Positions 60,451 to 64,000 of a stretch of DNA of 64,000 nucleotides are shown piece by piece. Each line of letters opens with the position of its first letter. Position 1 is the first letter of the stretch. The notes beneath the pieces were generated by a model, which was given only the letters and a program-made list of their open reading frames with translations, was not told the DNA's origin and searched no databases. The position numbers were made by a program, and so were the translations under genes. The stretch comes from a candidate division WOR-3 bacterium (lineage in GTDB: Bacteria; Hydrothermota; Hydrothermia; LBFQ01), in contig JALUCS010000083.1 in assembly GCA_027050205.1 (NCBI GenBank), positions 3,036 through 67,035 of the forward strand, written 5' to 3'.

Positions 60451-61641
60451 CTATTTTACCCCAGAAAGGCTGTCCTTGACGATGTCGACGATCGTCTGGA
60501 GGGTACCGGGTAGGGCGGATTCCACCCTCTCCCACACGGGCAGGCGGGGGGACGGGTTGGTGTTCTCGGCGAACTCCTTGAAGGCGTCGTCTATGCACCC
60601 GGAGAAGAGTTCTATGTAGCGGAACTCCCTGTGGATGTTGAACTCCAGGCCGTTCAGGAGGGCTACGGCTTCGTAGGTTTCAACGTAATCCTTGGCCGTG
60701 GTCACGTAGGTTTGCTTTATAGTGCGCTCTATACCGGAGGTGAAGATCACTCCCCTTGAGGAAAGCTCCACGAGGAAGGTCTTGAAGATGTCCGTCACCA
60801 TCCGGCGGAGGTCGTCCCCAGGGCGGTGCTTGTGGTCGTACCTGTGGGCTATCTGTACCTGCACCATGTCCCCTATACGCATCGTGCGGTAGGCCTCGGC
60901 GAGTATGCTAACCTCCATCCCCCAGTCGGAGGGGATGCGGAGCTTCTGGAAGACCCCGACGTACCCTGCCATCTCGCCGGATAGGGGATATCGGAAGTCG
61001 CCCATGTACTCAAGGAAGGGGTCGTAGCCGAAGATGATCTTCAGCGCCCGGATTATGGGGAAGTAGAACAGGCGAACTACCCTCCCGTAGAGTCTCTTAC
61101 CGTAGCGGGCATAGAAACCCTTAGCGAAACGGTAGTTCAGACGGGCTATAGGGTAGGCCAGAAGCAGGGGCATCTCGGCCGTATAGGTCTTTATGTCGGC
61201 GTCGTGTAGGACGAGTATGTCCGTCTCCCCCTCACCGACCACGTACCCTATCCCCGTCCATACGGCTGTCCCCTTCCCCCTCCTCCCAAGGGAGAACTCC
61301 CGACCTATCGTCTGCCTTACCTCCCTCAAGTAGGGGTTGTCGTTCCATATTACCGTACCCTTACCTCTCAAGATGTCCCTGGTTATCCGTAGGGCCGTCT
61401 TGAACTCCTCGTGGGTGGCCCTATCCAAAACGATATAGACCCTGTGTATTCCTTCCGTACTCGCCAAAGTTCCGAGGATATACATCATCTCCTCGGTTGA
61501 GAAGTCCGAGTACAGGGCGGGTATTAAAACCCCCACTTTCTTTCCCGTCTGCTCAATCTCGGAGGAGAGTACGTCCGCGTTCCGCTTTCCGGGACGGAGG
61601 TACGGAATCGTGGGAACGAGGTTCTGATGCAGATCAGCCAT
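60451..61641 (-). CDS. GT81-like glycosyltransferase related to glucosyl-/mannosyl-3-phosphoglycerate synthases
   Basis: GKGTAVWTGIGYV...ILVLHDADIKTY and ...YPLSGEMAGYVGVFQKLRIPSDWGMEVSIL...AHRYDHKHRP resemble GpgS/MpgS conserved blocks. Confidence 0.45.
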   Translation of the reverse strand: MADLHQNLVPTIPYLRPGKRNADVLSSEIEQTGKKVGVLIPALYSDFSTEEMMYILGTLASTEGIHRVYIVLDRATHEEFKTALRITRDILRGKGTVIWNDNPYLREVRQTIGREFSLGRRGKGTAVWTGIGYVVGEGETDILVLHDADIKTYTAEMPLLLAYPIARLNYRFAKGFYARYGKRLYGRVVRLFYFPIIRALKIIFGYDPFLEYMGDFRYPLSGEMAGYVGVFQKLRIPSDWGMEVSILAEAYRTMRIGDMVQVQIAHRYDHKHRPGDDLRRMVTDIFKTFLVELSSRGVIFTSGIERTIKQTYVTTAKDYVETYEAVALLNGLEFNIHREFRYIELFSGCIDDAFKEFAENTNPSPRLPVWERVESALPGTLQTIVDIVKDSLSGVK

Positions 61642-61752
61642 ACGAAAAAATTGTAAAGGTGAAGGTGGAGAGTTAGAGCCTCTTTTGGACGCCTCTTTTC
61701 ATAAAGGAGATTGAACGAATAGAATAAGCGGTCGTATAATCCCTTCCTCATA

Positions 61753-62370
61753 ATGCTCGGAAGGCTTTACGTTATTCTGGATGACACTTACCTAACCCCA
61801 AGGGATATCCCCAAGGTAGCCCAGAAGGTCCTGAAAGGTGGGGCGGACGTCCTCCAGATAAGGAGTAAGAGGTGGTCTAGAGAGGTACTGTTAAAGGTGG
61901 CGGACGAGGTGTATTCTCTCACTAAGGATTACGGAGTTCCCTTGATAATAAACGATTATCCCGATATTGCCGTTAGGTACGACGGTGTGCATGTAGGGGC
62001 GGAAGACACCCCTTACTCCATCGCGAGGGAGATCCTCGGTAAGGACAGGATAGTGGGTGTGTCCTGCTACGGCTCGCTTGAGACGGCCGTACGGATGCAG
62101 GAGGAAGGTGCCGATTACGTCGCCCTCTCATCCCCCTACCCCTCACCCACCAAGCCGGAAAAGGACATCGCTCCGCTGCGGCTCCTTAGGGAGGCCTCGC
62201 AGGTCCTCCGAATACCCTTCTACGTCATAGGGGGGATAGACGAAAATAGGGCGAAGGAGGTAGTGAGAGCGGGAGCGTACGGTGTGGCCGTGGTTAGCGC
62301 CATCCTGAAGGCGGAGGACCCGGAAGAGGCCACGAGGAGGTTGAGGGATGCGGTATATTCTTCCGCTTAG
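61753..62370 (+). CDS. thiE: thiamine-phosphate synthase
   Basis: LYVILDDTYL...GADVLQIRSK...GVHVGAEDTP...YVALSSPYPSPTKP...FYVIGGID. Confidence 0.85.
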   Translation: MLGRLYVILDDTYLTPRDIPKVAQKVLKGGADVLQIRSKRWSREVLLKVADEVYSLTKDYGVPLIINDYPDIAVRYDGVHVGAEDTPYSIAREILGKDRIVGVSCYGSLETAVRMQEEGADYVALSSPYPSPTKPEKDIAPLRLLREASQVLRIPFYVIGGIDENRAKEVVRAGAYGVAVVSAILKAEDPEEATRRLRDAVYSSA

Positions 62371-63082
62371 CCTCCTCCTGACGTCCTGCTCCCTCCCTTT
62401 CCTACACAGGAAACCTCCCCCTTACGAGAGGGTGGTAGTTGTGGTCTCCTATGATGGGAAGGGGCTGTCGGCCATCTCCCCCGATACGGCGGCCGGTATG
62501 GTACGGATATCCTTGATGGGGGATAGGGGAAGGAGCGACTTCCGCCTCACCAAGAGGGTGCATTTCGGTAAGTACGACGAGAATACGGGGTCCTACGTGA
62601 TGGATCCGAAGATGGTGGCCATTCTGGAGGCCAACGTAGGTAAGGAAGTCTCAAGGGTGAGGCTGCGGGTGGAGAGGATGGTTAAGGCCCTTAAGGTTCC
62701 GGGTGATGTGCGTATAGTTGAGCCTTCCTCCAACCTCCCCGACTGGGGAGAGGTATCCATTAGGTGGGAGGGGAGGGCCAGAAGGTACCTGCTCCGCCTG
62801 TACGCCTTTACTATGATGGATCAGAAGGACGAGATCGTACTTGCGGACAGCACCCACTACGTGTTTGACCTTGGGAACTTCTACGGGGACGGTTTTTTGA
62901 GCGTAGCCGTCTGCCCGATAGAGGGGAGCGACCCACGGAAGAGGGAGAGGATCAAGGTCTATGCCCTCGGTCGGTGCGTCAGTAGGACCATCTTAGTAGG
63001 GGATACGTCGGTATGGGAGGGTGAGATGCCGGAGCCTCCGTGGAACGAGGACGACCTCCTCTGGTACCTCCTTATGATGTGA
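62348..63082 (+). CDS. lipoprotein (hypothetical)
   Basis: MRYILPLSLLLTSCS lipobox; no motif I recognise. Confidence 0.4.
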   Translation: MRYILPLSLLLTSCSLPFLHRKPPPYERVVVVVSYDGKGLSAISPDTAAGMVRISLMGDRGRSDFRLTKRVHFGKYDENTGSYVMDPKMVAILEANVGKEVSRVRLRVERMVKALKVPGDVRIVEPSSNLPDWGEVSIRWEGRARRYLLRLYAFTMMDQKDEIVLADSTHYVFDLGNFYGDGFLSVAVCPIEGSDPRKRERIKVYALGRCVSRTILVGDTSVWEGEMPEPPWNEDDLLWYLLMM

Positions 63083-64000
63083 GCCTGTCCCTGCTGATCA
63101 GGACCCTGTCCATCCAGAAGGCCATTGCCAGAGCCATCCAGGCGACGGACCACCTCATAAACACCCTCCTGTCCTTCGGTCCGTTATAGACCTCCCCCTT
63201 CGGTCCCACCAAAGTACGGCAGGCGTACTCTACCAGGTTCCGGGCCTCCTCGCCGAAGAGCTTTAGGGTGATTATGGCGGCGGCGACATCGTGGGCGTCG
63301 TGGGACCCCCTACCCAGACGGTTTATGGGGAGGCCTTCGGCGTTGAAGAGGTTGCCTATGTAGAAGCGGAATCCCCTAACTATCGCCTCCTCCCACCTGT
63401 CCGTTCGCAGCAACTCGGACGCCCACCTAAGGCCCCACAGGTTGTATGCCGTGTGGATGTGGTCCACGTAGGCCATACGACGGCTTCCGAGGCCGTAGAC
63501 CCAGGAACCGTCCTCCCGTTGGTAGTGGGCGAGGGTGTCTCCTATCCGGCGGAGTACCTCCCTACTCCCCCCGGCCACGGCCTGGGCGACCGCCCCCAGG
63601 ATAGAGGCGTTGAATATGCGGTACCTGTCCAAGGGTGTGTAGCTCATCCACAGGTTTCCCCTCTCGTCCTCAAAGGTGTTGAGAACCCTCTCGTAGAAAG
63701 GAAGGAAGACGGAGAGGTCTATATTCCATCCGAACCTACGGTTGGCCTCGTTTAGGGCGAAGACGGCGAAGGAGGTCGCTATGACGTTGGGGGTAAAGGC
63801 GGGTACGTAGAAGATGCTGCTCTGCCAATCAAAGTTGTAGCCGAAGGCTATTCCCCCCTCCACCTCTGTACGGTACCGCATAAGGGTACCGTGGGCTTTC
63901 CGCGCCCTCTCCTCGTCCCCGGCCAAGGTGTAGGTCCAGAGGAACAGAGCCAGACCCTTGGGATTGTGGGATGGGGGAACGAGGAGCAACCTCCTGACCC
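63072..64000 (-). CDS. hypothetical protein (probably partial; 5' end beyond window)
   Basis: Long ORF with a plausible helical-repeat composition. The listed start is a TTG 12 nt from the window edge with no upstream stop. Confidence 0.35.
   Translation of the reverse strand, partial: VRRLLLVPPSHNPKGLALFLWTYTLAGDEERARKAHGTLMRYRTEVEGGIAFGYNFDWQSSIFYVPAFTPNVIATSFAVFALNEANRRFGWNIDLSVFLPFYERVLNTFEDERGNLWMSYTPLDRYRIFNASILGAVAQAVAGGSREVLRRIGDTLAHYQREDGSWVYGLGSRRMAYVDHIHTAYNLWGLRWASELLRTDRWEEAIVRGFRFYIGNLFNAEGLPINRLGRGSHDAHDVAAAIITLKLFGEEARNLVEYACRTLVGPKGEVYNGPKDRRVFMRWSVAWMALAMAFWMDRVLISRDRLTS

Overview
This is a GC-rich bacterial chromosomal segment with G/C-ending codons and R/E/K-rich proteins, suggesting a thermophile; I cannot name the taxon from sequence alone. 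Several secreted proteins end in type-IX-secretion-like C-terminal sorting domains, so I infer an FCB-group-like lineage.

The main feature is a complete type I-B CRISPR-Cas locus.
- A 25-repeat array sits at 11590-13231 and is read on the minus strand.
- The operon cas8b-cas7-cas5-cas3-cas4-cas1-cas2 lies at 14534-22023 on the minus strand, with a divergent cas6 at 22136-22876.
- A roughly 1-kb module flanked by 34-bp imperfect direct repeats lies between the CRISPR leader and cas2. It encodes a RelE/ParE-like toxin and an unrecognised roughly 200-240-aa partner.

Other content:
- A partial V/A-type ATPase B subunit divergent from an ankyrin-repeat gene.
- tRNA-Gln and tRNA-Glu.
- Two ribosomal-protein clusters: rplM-rpsI-rpsB-tsf, and tuf-rpsJ through rplX. 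The second stops after rplX at a tRNA-Glu.
- A cluster of exported proteins at 22.9-33.5 kb: a TonB-C protein, a beta-barrel protein, a TlpA-like thioredoxin, CxxC lipoproteins, three T9SS-CTD cargo proteins (two with FG-GAP repeats) and tandem paralogous lipoproteins.
- An IS630-like transposase fragment.
- A CPBP-ArsR-SdpI-like cluster.
- Housekeeping genes: carboxypeptidase Taq, sufC, rtcB, queF, slyD, ilvE, thiE, ubiA-like and mrp.

A family of related AT-rich intergenic elements recurs, most clearly at 2452-2675 and 55037-55180. All protein calls rest on motif recognition from the translations. I ran no database searches.
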